Virus record (IMG/VR): IMGVR_UViG_3300010158_000061
Location: 7,534-71,533 of that record
Source: a virus
Strand: one strand, 5' to 3'
Length of the DNA stretch: 64,000 nt
A program made the position numbers and the translations under genes. This document shows positions 17,566-27,965 of the stretch, piece after piece (the first letter of the stretch is position 1; each line of letters starts with the position of its first letter). The notes below the pieces were generated by a model. The model worked only from the letters and a program-made list of their open reading frames with translations. It made no database searches and was not told the origin of the DNA.

Positions 17566-18847
17566 TTTGGTTCCACCATTCTAATACTTCTGGTCTCTGT
17601 GCCAGGATGTCTGTCATTGTTGTACTTTGTGTACGTATCTGTTCTAATTTTAACACACGAGCCCGGCCTTTTGCAAGCCCTGCGTGATATGTATCCGGCC
17701 ATTGTTCTTCAAATGTCGGACGTTTCTTTAATTGTAACAGTACATCACGCATTGCGCCTGCGGAGCGGCCTGCTAACTCGTCAACCCACGGATCTAATAA
17801 GTGTCTAGGCAATGCTAGTGGACTCATAACAATATCTGGACTGAAACTGAATACAACTTTGGCCAGCATTTGCACCCCCAATTCTGTGGCTAATGCATTC
17901 ATGTTATCTACCTCAGTCATGCCCGGAAGTGTGAGTGTAAAGTCCAATCGCATCTGCCTAGGATTGGTAGCAATTGCCAATCCTTCACGAAAGTTTTTTA
18001 CAAATGTACTATAAGAAAGCCCTGTTCTTATGTACTCTCCTGTCGTGCCTGTTCCATCAAGGCTGGCACAGATTTGCCAATCTCGTAAGCCCAATAAAAT
18101 ATTTTTATAAAGATTTCTATTGCCAAACTCAACACGGCTAAGATTAGTATTATATCTAGCATAAACACGTGGCCCATCTCCTAATTCGATTATACGTTGC
18201 ATGTACCGCCAGTGTTGTTCATACATGAGTGGTTCGCCACCTACCCAATATACTTCTTCCACACGATGCTGTTCTACTGCGTCAGCAAACTCTGCCTCAA
18301 TTTGTGTGTCTTGGAATTGCGATATCTGCTGTCGTACCGCAGGTTGCATCCAATTGTTTTTGGGATTGTTCAAGTCAATCATGTCATGCTGGCGTTGTTC
18401 TGTTTCCCAGGCACTAGACAACATGTCTCCACACATACGACATTTGAAATTACACAAGTTACTAAATCTGTAATCCCAACTCACCGGCTTCATTGTGGTA
18501 TGCCCTGTTGAATCAGTTGCTTTTATTGCATCATCATACTTGTGACCAAACAACTGATTGAAATAACTTCTATACACATTAGTATTCAACAACTTGTCGT
18601 TACACACTTCGCACTCGGGCAATGATTCGCCGGCCATCATACGACGACGTACACTCTGCATGTGTTCACTATTCCAATGTTGTTCTAGTGTCATTGGTGT
18701 ATATGTTCCTGTACCTGTGCTGGTATCTATATACTGCTCAAAACTTTGTGCTGGCTCGCGCGATGCACAACACATTCTACGCTCAGTTTGAGGAGAGAGG
18801 TAAGTGTGAGTCCACGGTGCCATGCAGAGTGTATCGGGTTTATTCAT
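17558..18847 (-). CDS. N-Twitch radical SAM enzyme, subfamily A
   Basis: CMAPWTH...MCC...ECEVC; CNFKCRMC; GGEPL; YNTN. Confidence 0.93.
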   Translation of the reverse strand: MNKPDTLCMAPWTHTYLSPQTERRMCCASREPAQSFEQYIDTSTGTGTYTPMTLEQHWNSEHMQSVRRRMMAGESLPECEVCNDKLLNTNVYRSYFNQLFGHKYDDAIKATDSTGHTTMKPVSWDYRFSNLCNFKCRMCGDMLSSAWETEQRQHDMIDLNNPKNNWMQPAVRQQISQFQDTQIEAEFADAVEQHRVEEVYWVGGEPLMYEQHWRYMQRIIELGDGPRVYARYNTNLSRVEFGNRNLYKNILLGLRDWQICASLDGTGTTGEYIRTGLSYSTFVKNFREGLAIATNPRQMRLDFTLTLPGMTEVDNMNALATELGVQMLAKVVFSFSPDIVMSPLALPRHLLDPWVDELAGRSAGAMRDVLLQLKKRPTFEEQWPDTYHAGLAKGRARVLKLEQIRTQSTTMTDILAQRPEVLEWWNQIA

Positions 18848-20252
18848 GAATATCTAAATATGAAAAAAGGCTGCGCCAATTAGTTCCTCGTCGACGATCT
18901 ATTTCGTCTAGATATGTATGTAACCTACGTATGTCAGTCCAATTATGTTGTTTCTGCTGTTGTAACTGTGCTTGTAATCCTTGCATACGTAGAATAGCTT
19001 CATGTTGTTCTAGTGTACGCTGTGGCATTGCTGTAAATATGCGATCAAAGTCGTTGGCCCACATGCTCCAGGCAAATGTTTGTGGATGTTGAAACATCTG
19101 TGTCGGCGGCCCTGTGTAAAATTGAAAATAATGGCCGATATTTTTGTGCTGGCTGTATTGATCGATTTTTTTAATTAATTCGGGCATTGTGCGCACGGTC
19201 TGCGCTGTTACTGTTTGATTGGCATTTAATCGCATCCATGCACCTTGTTCACTTGCCCAAGCAAATCGTTGTTCAAATCGATCTAGATTTAATCCTGAGC
19301 GTACATACTCTTGTTCCGGTCCCCAACAATCTATGCTGGCAGTTAGATCAAATACTTGTATATGTCCCTGTTGTTGTAGTTTGCGAATGCGCTCAATATA
19401 CATTGTCCAGTACTTGTCTGGAACATTTAAGTTTGAAAATATGCAAAATTCCAAGTTAGGGCTGGGCCGTTTTTCAATAATATCTAGTACCCGAGTCATT
19501 AATTCATGCTGAATAAATGTTTCTCCGCCTAGCAAGTGTAATCGCACCAGGCTCTGTATGTTTTTATCTAACCACGCGATCCAACGATCAAAGTATTTTG
19601 GTGCAAGTATACTGGGACGTTCTACTTGGATTCTAACTCCATTTTTATTAAAGGGCCCGTGCTTGACATTCTCTTGTTCAATTTTACTGCTGGCAGTACT
19701 GCTACAATACACACAAGCAAGATTACAAGTGTTCTGTGCAAAAATTTCTACTATTTTGGGACTCACATGTGTGGCAGTAGGATCTAGTTCTACTTCTGGA
19801 GGAGTAAGTCCGCGTATTTCTAAGTTGTGTAATCTATCACTGTGCCCGCCTGCTGATTCAATATTTTTACAATATTCACAACCCAGTCCTGGCCATTCAC
19901 CTTTGAGCATCTTTTCTCTAGCAGTAATCTTTTCGGGTGTGTTGTGAAAATTATCAAAATCGTCAAGGGTAAATTTAAACGGTTCTACTCTATGACAACT
20001 AGCTGTGCTCAACGTATTGAGAAATATTGTACTCCATGTCCATTTAGATTGGCAAGCAGTAGCAGTACGTATAGGAAATTTTGTGCCTTGTTCTAGAAAT
20101 TTATCTGTAAAGCCCCGAATCTCTTCACAAATATCTGTTTTGTTGCCCCACTCGCCTTTAAGGTAATCTGTATAACTAGGCCAATCAGGACCTGAAAACA
20201 CAGTGTAATCATCAGGAGTAACGCACAACGCTAGTTTAGCCGGTAAATTCAT
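18840..20252 (-). CDS. N-Twitch radical SAM enzyme, subfamily B, with extra N-terminal GPDWP module
   Basis: TACQSKWTWST...SCHR...GCEYC; CNLACVYC; GGETF. Confidence 0.92.
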   Translation of the reverse strand: MNLPAKLALCVTPDDYTVFSGPDWPSYTDYLKGEWGNKTDICEEIRGFTDKFLEQGTKFPIRTATACQSKWTWSTIFLNTLSTASCHRVEPFKFTLDDFDNFHNTPEKITAREKMLKGEWPGLGCEYCKNIESAGGHSDRLHNLEIRGLTPPEVELDPTATHVSPKIVEIFAQNTCNLACVYCSSTASSKIEQENVKHGPFNKNGVRIQVERPSILAPKYFDRWIAWLDKNIQSLVRLHLLGGETFIQHELMTRVLDIIEKRPSPNLEFCIFSNLNVPDKYWTMYIERIRKLQQQGHIQVFDLTASIDCWGPEQEYVRSGLNLDRFEQRFAWASEQGAWMRLNANQTVTAQTVRTMPELIKKIDQYSQHKNIGHYFQFYTGPPTQMFQHPQTFAWSMWANDFDRIFTAMPQRTLEQHEAILRMQGLQAQLQQQKQHNWTDIRRLHTYLDEIDRRRGTNWRSLFSYLDIHE

Positions 20253-21450
20253 AATTTAATAATTGTGCCATTTCAGGGCAGTATACAGTAAAGTTTTGGT
20301 TACGCTTGCGATCTAGATCCGCTATTTTCATGCGTGTCATAAAGCCATCAGTTGATGCTCCACGATTCATAAATTCACGTATACGATCAAAATCATTTCT
20401 GTAACAAGTTTCAATTGAGTCTAAATATTCACTAATAGCATGTTTAGCTGAATCGGGCAAACACGCAATAGAGAAGTACCAGGCATCGTGCATCATGTTC
20501 CAGTATACAAAATTAAAGCTCTTTTGGTTTTGTTCTAACCAATGAGCAATATCTCCAAGATATCGCACATTAAAGATATTCACTGTGGTGCATACTTGTA
20601 GTTCGATGTTAGGGTATATTTCTTTTAAGTCTCTAAAGCGATCTAGGTTAGCACACACTTCTGTCCATACAGCATTTGTACGTTGATATTCAAAACGTTC
20701 GTCTACATCGTCGAGACTGAATGCTATTTCTACTGTTTTAAAATGCTTCCAAATATGCTCAGCGTGTTCAGGATAGTGTGTGCCATTGGTGTTGTAGTGT
20801 ATTTCAACTTGGTGTGCAATACCGCGATCTACAATACCTCGAAGCATGGTAAAATGTTCCTGAATCATAAACGGCTCGCCGCCTGTGAATTCTATATAAT
20901 GTATGTCATTTAAACACGCATCAATTTCGGCCCAGAATGATTCATTTTCTTGGGGCCATGTACCTGCTTTGAGCATGGTATAGGCATATGACTTTTTCTT
21001 CTCTTCAGCGGGTAGTTGTGCAATCTCTTCACTTGCAAATTGGCTCGAGCTCCACGATCCACATATACGGCATTTCAAGTTACAAATATTACCCAGTTTC
21101 AAATCCAAGAACATCAATGGTTTGGTATCCCGAGTCCATTCCGAACTAATGCCCATGTGTTTCATTCTATCCAATGTGTGCATGCGTTTGCTTGTACGTC
21201 CTGCACGTTCTTCGTTCCAGCACTTGCGACAAGTTTGTGGTTGCTTGCCTGCTAAAAATGCTTGTCGCAATTGATACATGTATTCACTGTTTTGAATATC
21301 TTTAAAATTAGCAGACTTTAAATTAAATTTAACACTATTACTGTCAACAATCTCATCATCGGCCAGACAGCATGGACGTACAGTACCTACAGGGCTGGCC
21401 TCAAGACTGATCCAAGGAAGAACGCAAAATTTATCGTGTGGTAAGTTCAT
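20236..21450 (-). CDS. N-Twitch radical SAM enzyme, subfamily A (start corrected to ATG 21450)
   Basis: FCVLPWIS...PCC...TCRKC; CNLKCRIC; GGEPF; ATGA coupling at 21447-21450. Confidence 0.93.
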   Translation of the reverse strand: MNLPHDKFCVLPWISLEASPVGTVRPCCLADDEIVDSNSVKFNLKSANFKDIQNSEYMYQLRQAFLAGKQPQTCRKCWNEERAGRTSKRMHTLDRMKHMGISSEWTRDTKPLMFLDLKLGNICNLKCRICGSWSSSQFASEEIAQLPAEEKKKSYAYTMLKAGTWPQENESFWAEIDACLNDIHYIEFTGGEPFMIQEHFTMLRGIVDRGIAHQVEIHYNTNGTHYPEHAEHIWKHFKTVEIAFSLDDVDERFEYQRTNAVWTEVCANLDRFRDLKEIYPNIELQVCTTVNIFNVRYLGDIAHWLEQNQKSFNFVYWNMMHDAWYFSIACLPDSAKHAISEYLDSIETCYRNDFDRIREFMNRGASTDGFMTRMKIADLDRKRNQNFTVYCPEMAQLLNYEFTG

Positions 21451-22832
21451 AATTTTAAATTGTATTGAGCAAATTGATCTACTAGCCAGGGAAATGTTCG
21501 GGGCCAACTTGTGTGCCGTCGTCGATCCATAGTATTTAAAAAATTATACAAATGGCGTATTTGTGTCGGTTTAGGGCTACCGTGAGCACTCTGTTGTGCT
21601 ATGCCTATTAGGTAATTCCGACTGGCCTTCTGTTCAGGTGTGCAATTGGGCTTTAGTTTTATTGAACGCTCAAAATCATCCTTAAAAATGTCTCCAAACA
21701 AGTCTATAAACATATATTTTGGATTGTTAACGCTATTTTGATAATGATACACTATTCTTGTTTGATTCCATTCATTTATCTTTTGTAACAAGTCTGGTAG
21801 AGTTTTTACGGTTAACGGAGTCACAGTTGAATTGATAATCAAATTTATCCATGGTTCGCTTAACAAGTATTCAAAGTTCTGTTCCCATTCTTCTAAGTTT
21901 AAAGGAAACCGTACATATTCCTGGGATGCGCCCCAACAGTCTAGACTGGCAGTGATTTCAAACTCTCTAATATGTCTTGAATCAATTAACTTTTGTACAC
22001 GTTGAATTATGCGTTTCAAGTAAGGTAAGCGAGCATTCAAGTTAGTGAACATTTGTAGTTTGAGTTCAGGAGCAGGATATTGTTCAAATAACTCAAGGCA
22101 TTGTTCTAGTTCAGGTTGATACAAGGGCTCACCGCCTAAGATGTTAAACACAGTGAGCGTATATGCGTTTTGTTTTAACCAATCGAATAACTTTAACTTG
22201 TTGCGTTCAATATTAGGGCTTTTTCTGAATGCTGGCAGTCCATGCTTGACGTTTTCTGCATCCCATAAACTGCTAAAATGCGGCCCACAATACAAACACT
22301 TTAGATTACAGGTGTTATCAAAGTACACTTCTAGAATTCTAGGAGTAACTCTAATAGCAGTAGGGTCGTTGTCTAATTCTGGTGGTGCATACATACCTGG
22401 GAAATCTAAGTTTGTTATGCGATCACTGGCACCATCAGACGCTTCAATATCTTGACAGTAGTTACACCCCAAAGTTGGCCACTCACCAGCCAACATTCTT
22501 TTGCGATCGTCTAGTTTGCTGGGCGTATTGTGAAAGTCAAAAGATTCTGTGTCAAAAGAATGATGATTGGTTCTATGGCAACTGGCTGTTTTTTCTGTGG
22601 TCAAATAAATGGTGCTCCAGTTCCATTTAAGTTGACATGCTGTATCGGTCACAATAGGAAATCGTTTATTGGGCAGTTTGCTTTGTTTGTAAAAACTACC
22701 CGGCACATATCCAAATTGTTCTCGACACTCTTTTTGTATTGCGTCAGGTAATAGTGCAAAGTCTTCTTCACGGTCGCAATTGGGCCAAGAAGGGTCACGT
22801 ATTTCGCTGTAAAACTCGGTCCAGGTACTCAT
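21447..22832 (-). CDS. N-Twitch radical SAM enzyme, subfamily B, with extra N-terminal RDPSWP module
   Basis: TACQLKWNWST...SCHR...GCNYC; CNLKCLYC; GGEPL. Confidence 0.92.
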   Translation of the reverse strand: MSTWTEFYSEIRDPSWPNCDREEDFALLPDAIQKECREQFGYVPGSFYKQSKLPNKRFPIVTDTACQLKWNWSTIYLTTEKTASCHRTNHHSFDTESFDFHNTPSKLDDRKRMLAGEWPTLGCNYCQDIEASDGASDRITNLDFPGMYAPPELDNDPTAIRVTPRILEVYFDNTCNLKCLYCGPHFSSLWDAENVKHGLPAFRKSPNIERNKLKLFDWLKQNAYTLTVFNILGGEPLYQPELEQCLELFEQYPAPELKLQMFTNLNARLPYLKRIIQRVQKLIDSRHIREFEITASLDCWGASQEYVRFPLNLEEWEQNFEYLLSEPWINLIINSTVTPLTVKTLPDLLQKINEWNQTRIVYHYQNSVNNPKYMFIDLFGDIFKDDFERSIKLKPNCTPEQKASRNYLIGIAQQSAHGSPKPTQIRHLYNFLNTMDRRRHTSWPRTFPWLVDQFAQYNLKL

Positions 22833-24094
22833 GTTAATACCTGTAATTCGGGAATCACATTTAAAATATTTTCATTACGGATACTATCTAGTTCATGTGT
22901 CTTGCGCCAGAATGTATCTATCAAGTGTGTATTGTCTGTAGAGTTCATAAATTGAATCGCCGACTGAAATCCTTGTGTGGCACGACCCAGCGGGTCACCT
23001 ACTGATTCAAGCCACTTGAGATGATCATAATATCTCACAGTAAGTTTTTCTTTGTATTCACTGGGGGCAATATCAATCCTGTAGTGTGCAGGATCTTGTA
23101 AAATATTTACATTTAAGTCTTGCGGTTTAAGCAATCCTTGTTCTACCCATGCCTGATGAAATTGTGGTAAATGCAAAACATTCATAATGCTTAATGTAGG
23201 ACTAATGTAAAAATCAACTTGTGGGCATATCTCAATCATGTCTCGACGATTTTGTTCTACTACGGCCCAATCTGTACCTTTGCGTATGTACTCTGCTATT
23301 GGTCCCATAGCGTCCAAACTAGCACCAACTGCTACTGATTTAAATTGTTTCCAGTATTCAAATACGCTACGACCTTTAAGGTCCATGTGCGTGAAGTTTG
23401 TGTTGTAAATCAATCGCACATCAAATCTACCACGACGTACCAGTTCATCAAGAATGTTGTAGTGTTCTTCCATCAACAATGGTTCACCACCAGCAAAGTA
23501 TATTTGCTCCACATAGTCTAAATGTGGTTCTAGCTGTTCCCACATGTCTGTTTCTGTACGGCCAGCATAGTTAAGAACTGTATTGCGGGCCTTCCACTCA
23601 GGTCCTGCAAGTTTTACTTGATCCTGATACCACTGACTACTAAAAATGTGTCCACATGAGCGACACTTTAAGTTACACAAATTACTAAATCGAATGTCCC
23701 AATAGGTCATTTCGAATGGTGTCGAGTCTAATTTCTTTATATGGTGTCCGTGATGCTTGTTAGCACTCTTACGCCCTGAAAAGAAACCGGATTCCTCTTG
23801 TTCATAGCAGCGACCACAAGTGTCATTCTTAGTTTCACTCAGCATGCCACTACGTAGTTTTGTCATGGCATCGTTGTGCCAGATTTCTTCTAGTGTGTTA
23901 GTACGGCAATTGCCAACTTGTCCCACGCCCATCTCAGCATGACAACACGGGTATGCTTCACCAGTGGGATAGGCATGCAAGTGTATCCATGGATAAATGC
24001 AAAACGTCTTTGAATCCTTTAGTAAAAAATCTTCACGCTCAGTAAGCTCCACTGGCTTTACTAGATCGGCACTGTTATAATTATATTGAGTCAT
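22829..24094 (-). CDS. N-Twitch radical SAM enzyme, subfamily A
   Basis: FCIYPWIH...PCCH...TCGRC; CNLKCRSC; GGEPL; YNTN. Confidence 0.93.
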   Translation of the reverse strand: MTQYNYNSADLVKPVELTEREDFLLKDSKTFCIYPWIHLHAYPTGEAYPCCHAEMGVGQVGNCRTNTLEEIWHNDAMTKLRSGMLSETKNDTCGRCYEQEESGFFSGRKSANKHHGHHIKKLDSTPFEMTYWDIRFSNLCNLKCRSCGHIFSSQWYQDQVKLAGPEWKARNTVLNYAGRTETDMWEQLEPHLDYVEQIYFAGGEPLLMEEHYNILDELVRRGRFDVRLIYNTNFTHMDLKGRSVFEYWKQFKSVAVGASLDAMGPIAEYIRKGTDWAVVEQNRRDMIEICPQVDFYISPTLSIMNVLHLPQFHQAWVEQGLLKPQDLNVNILQDPAHYRIDIAPSEYKEKLTVRYYDHLKWLESVGDPLGRATQGFQSAIQFMNSTDNTHLIDTFWRKTHELDSIRNENILNVIPELQVLT

Positions 24095-25481
24095 ACCATT
24101 CTCTTAGATCGGAAAATGTAGCCGTAAAGTTCTTGTTTCGGCGTTGATCGTACTGTGAAAAGAAACTTTTGAAATCTTTTTCCATTGCTGAAACATTGTG
24201 ATCAAAACTGTGATCATTGAATTCTAGTGTACCATCAGAAATTATACTACCTCGATGAGGTACTTGTATTTCAACAAGATAAGATATCAATCTGCTTATG
24301 AAATTTTGTTCTACTACTGAAAACCATTGATAATTAGCGTCAAGAAAATTTTGTAATTCAGCACTATGCTGTTTTCTTTTTTCTATCGGTAATACCAGGA
24401 CATTCTGAAAAGTAGGCCAACGCACGTAACTAATGTACAAATTAAAATATGTACGACTAGTTTGTTTCTTTTTTTCTACTAACCAAGTTAAAAATTCTAC
24501 AAATCCATTCAATGATAATGCACTTATTGTAGACATCATAACCACCCGTCGTATACGTTTGTTATCAATCAGTGTATCAATATTACAACACCATTGATCC
24601 CAATTTAATCCGTCTCTAACATATTCTGCTTTTGATCCAACAGATTCGGCACTGGTAGAAATTGAAATATTTGATTTTATGTTTGAAATTTTATTAAAAA
24701 ATTTATTCAGTGTGTTTGAATCATATGCTAGATTAGTTTGTATTGATATACCTGCGTTACTTTTATTAGGGTTCTTTTCTAACCAATCTAAGAATTTCCA
24801 GAAATGTCCACTCATCAATGGCTCTCCACCAGTGATATGTATATTCTTCAATGACCGATGCAGATCAGTTTCCCACCATTTAAAAAATGCTTCAGTATAG
24901 GGATTTTCTTCACCATAACTGTAATTGTCTCCATCACTACCAGCAAGTGTGTAATGGTTACGCTCATCTGTAACAATATTTTGGTACACACCGTTTTGTT
25001 TTATGTCGCGCATCCAGGAACTGCTGATGTCAGGACAACAATAACTGCATGCTAGATTACAGGTGCTATCAAATCCCAATTCAAGATATGTTGGATTTAC
25101 ATGTGTATCGGGGGAATTTTCAAATGCTGATTGCAGATTTTTTTCTGCCATTGGTTTACTGTATATAACTCTGTCGGTTACCAATTCGGGATCAATATCT
25201 TGCACAGCCCAACAATACTGACAATCTAGCGGTCTCTCTCCACGTTGCATCATTGCACGTTCGTTTATCTTTTTCGGTGTATTATGTAATGCGCTAGGAG
25301 TTTGGGCAATCTCTAATTGATTAATTTGATGAGGTGGGTTATGATGACAACTAGCAGTCCATCCTCTCCACAACCAGATACTTGAATGATACCATTTGGC
25401 TCCACAAAAACTTTCGCTCTTGGTGTCAAGCACTCTTTCTTTCCATTGTTTTATTACTGAAAGATTTGCTGGGAAAGTCAT
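24081..25481 (-). CDS. N-Twitch radical SAM enzyme, subfamily C
   Basis: FCGAKWY...SCHHNPPH...DCQYCW; CNLACSYC; GGEPL. Confidence 0.92.
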   Translation of the reverse strand: MTFPANLSVIKQWKERVLDTKSESFCGAKWYHSSIWLWRGWTASCHHNPPHQINQLEIAQTPSALHNTPKKINERAMMQRGERPLDCQYCWAVQDIDPELVTDRVIYSKPMAEKNLQSAFENSPDTHVNPTYLELGFDSTCNLACSYCCPDISSSWMRDIKQNGVYQNIVTDERNHYTLAGSDGDNYSYGEENPYTEAFFKWWETDLHRSLKNIHITGGEPLMSGHFWKFLDWLEKNPNKSNAGISIQTNLAYDSNTLNKFFNKISNIKSNISISTSAESVGSKAEYVRDGLNWDQWCCNIDTLIDNKRIRRVVMMSTISALSLNGFVEFLTWLVEKKKQTSRTYFNLYISYVRWPTFQNVLVLPIEKRKQHSAELQNFLDANYQWFSVVEQNFISRLISYLVEIQVPHRGSIISDGTLEFNDHSFDHNVSAMEKDFKSFFSQYDQRRNKNFTATFSDLREWYDSI

Positions 25482-26809
25482 AAGGAATTATACCAGGTTT
25501 TTAAATTAGGAAATGCTTGACCAAAATCTTTGCCACGTCGTTGGTCATACTGTGTATAAAACTGTTTAAAGTCATTCAGCAATTTGGGCATTTCGAATGC
25601 TTCTGAGTGCGGAGTTTTTACCACATCCAAATAGTCAATCAATCGCAATAGGTGATTGATTTCGTGTTCATGCATATAAGATTGACCTTTGTGTCGTACC
25701 ATAAAATCTATTAGACCGAATCGGTATTGTGTACGCAATTCATCAGGTAATACCAAGGGTGATTGAAAACTAGGAAATCGTAGTATGTTTAATGTAAACG
25801 ATACAGCATCACGACCGTATTCCAGTTTCCAGTTTGCAATACAGTCTAGCAATTGATCCAAACTGTCTAGGCACAATGCATTGACAGTACACATGACATG
25901 GATGCCACGAAACTTGCCTGAATCTAACAAACGTTCTACGTTGTTGGCCCAGTCGTCCCATACAAGACCATCACGGATGTATTCTGCTTGCAGACTAATT
26001 GCTTCGTTTGAAGTATACAAATCTATGTCCATGCCATCTACACTGATCAATAATCTATCAATATCTACGTCTGTGCCAAGATTTGAGTTAATTGCTAGTC
26101 TTGTTTGGCTCTTGCCTTGGTTTTGTTTAAACCAATCAATCAGCTTCCATGTGTAGCCTGACATGAGTGGTTCACCTCCGGTTATTCTCAATTCTTGTAA
26201 GGTTCTGTGGAGATCTGATTCCCACCAGGCAAAGAACGCCTCCACATACGGATTAGTTTCACCGAATTTATAAAGTTGAGCACTATCGTGAGTGTGAGTA
26301 AAATGGTTCCTGCCGTCACTAACAAGTCGGTCATAAGGTCCATTCTTTCGTATATCGTTAACCCAAGTGCTACTAAAAGCAGGGTTGCAATAAGAACAAG
26401 CAAATTGACAAGTGCGGTCAAATGCAATTTCAAGGGTTCGAAGATTAACATCATCTTCTGGCGGAGTGTGGAAAGCATCATTCAAGGCCTCTATGGGAAA
26501 TATCTTTGATTTGTACACACGGTCGCTAATAGCATCACGTCCCATGTCTTCAATCTTCCAGCAGTATTCGCATCCAGCTGGACGTTCGCCTGCAATCATC
26601 TTGCGGCGGTCATCTTTCTTTTGATCAGTGTTGTGCAGTAGCTTAGGGTTGGCACGGACTTGATCACGGTCCACCAAATGGGCCGGCGGGTGGTGGCAAC
26701 TTGTGGTCATGCCTGAGCCCAACCAGATGGTAGCATTGTACCATTTTGCCGCACAAAAACTTTGGGACTTGGTGTCTAACACCTGTTGTTTAAATTCTAA
26801 ATCGATCAT
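25478..26809 (-). CDS. N-Twitch radical SAM enzyme, subfamily C
   Basis: FCAAKWY...SCHHPPAH...GCEYCW; CQFACSYC; GGEPL. Confidence 0.93.
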   Translation of the reverse strand: MIDLEFKQQVLDTKSQSFCAAKWYNATIWLGSGMTTSCHHPPAHLVDRDQVRANPKLLHNTDQKKDDRRKMIAGERPAGCEYCWKIEDMGRDAISDRVYKSKIFPIEALNDAFHTPPEDDVNLRTLEIAFDRTCQFACSYCNPAFSSTWVNDIRKNGPYDRLVSDGRNHFTHTHDSAQLYKFGETNPYVEAFFAWWESDLHRTLQELRITGGEPLMSGYTWKLIDWFKQNQGKSQTRLAINSNLGTDVDIDRLLISVDGMDIDLYTSNEAISLQAEYIRDGLVWDDWANNVERLLDSGKFRGIHVMCTVNALCLDSLDQLLDCIANWKLEYGRDAVSFTLNILRFPSFQSPLVLPDELRTQYRFGLIDFMVRHKGQSYMHEHEINHLLRLIDYLDVVKTPHSEAFEMPKLLNDFKQFYTQYDQRRGKDFGQAFPNLKTWYNSL

Positions 26810-27965
26810 TGATGAATTGTTTGAATTGTTCAGGGAATTCTTTTCGAACGTTAATACTCATTTCTGCAAAATGTTCTAGGTTATATTTACATACATTATA
26901 ACACTCTTCTGCAAACTTTACAAGGTCTTGTTGACATAAATCTTCTACTACCTCAGCAGTGCGTTCAATACGTTGTTGATTATCGTCAATTTGATCAAAT
27001 GTTTCATCTATCAAATGTCCAAATGTTTGAAATCCTAAATTATGAAGATCTCGATAGTACCCTGTATTGGCTGCTATTACAAAAGGATGGCCAATTGATA
27101 TTGGCTTCCAGGTTTTTTCAGTCCTAAAACTGTAAGGATACATGTATACTGTTTCTGTTACCAAACTAAAATACGTATCAGCGTATGGTTCGGCTCGCAA
27201 GTATATGTCTCCCCAGGTATTATTAAATAACTCAGACTTAACAAATCCTTGTTTTGTAGATTTTTCAATACAGTGAGAATAAGATTCCACTTCATATTTT
27301 GGGTCTAAAAATTTTACAGGCAGCGGTTGTTGAACAAAATCTACATTTTTATTTATAAATGACACTGATTTATTTTCCTGTATCATCAATTGAGGTCCGG
27401 CTCTTGAATCAAGATTAGTCCAAATAGATTGATCCAACAATCCCGATATACGAAATCGTTCTAGTAGATATTTCCTGTGCGGACGACCACGACCATTTAA
27501 AAACAAAAATTTATAAGGTTTTTCCGCTTTATATAAATTTTGGTATTGTTGTATAACTGCTCGATTTTCAGCGTAGTCTAAAATATAAGTTAGAAAAATA
27601 TCGTATTGAAGATAATCCCACTGTGGTTCTTGGTCACCACCAGTTATGACCAATATTTTTCTAGACTCAACTAAATCTAATAAATCACCATAGGCTATTA
27701 GGTGTCCTTTTATTGTAGCAGATCCTTCATGGGGATTACTAAAAATCACCGTAATAGTATCATCTATGACTAGTTGTCGTATTGTCTTTGCGTTTAATTG
27801 TAATTGCTCTCGCCCAATTACATATATTGCATTGGGGACCAGTTGATTAGAATTTACATGATCTGCAAAATTCCAAAAAATAGCATCAGCTTTATCCTTA
27901 ATTATATGATAGATATCACAATGAGTATCTAAAATTAGTTTACGATTGCCTAGCATAATACTCAC
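26790..27965 (-). CDS. GT10-like glycosyltransferase-like protein
   Basis: FLFLNGRGRPHR; YFSLVTET...RTEKTWKPISIGHPFV...LGFQTF..LIDETFD. Confidence 0.6.
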   Translation of the reverse strand: MSIMLGNRKLILDTHCDIYHIIKDKADAIFWNFADHVNSNQLVPNAIYVIGREQLQLNAKTIRQLVIDDTITVIFSNPHEGSATIKGHLIAYGDLLDLVESRKILVITGGDQEPQWDYLQYDIFLTYILDYAENRAVIQQYQNLYKAEKPYKFLFLNGRGRPHRKYLLERFRISGLLDQSIWTNLDSRAGPQLMIQENKSVSFINKNVDFVQQPLPVKFLDPKYEVESYSHCIEKSTKQGFVKSELFNNTWGDIYLRAEPYADTYFSLVTETVYMYPYSFRTEKTWKPISIGHPFVIAANTGYYRDLHNLGFQTFGHLIDETFDQIDDNQQRIERTAEVVEDLCQQDLVKFAEECYNVCKYNLEHFAEMSINVRKEFPEQFKQFINDRFRI

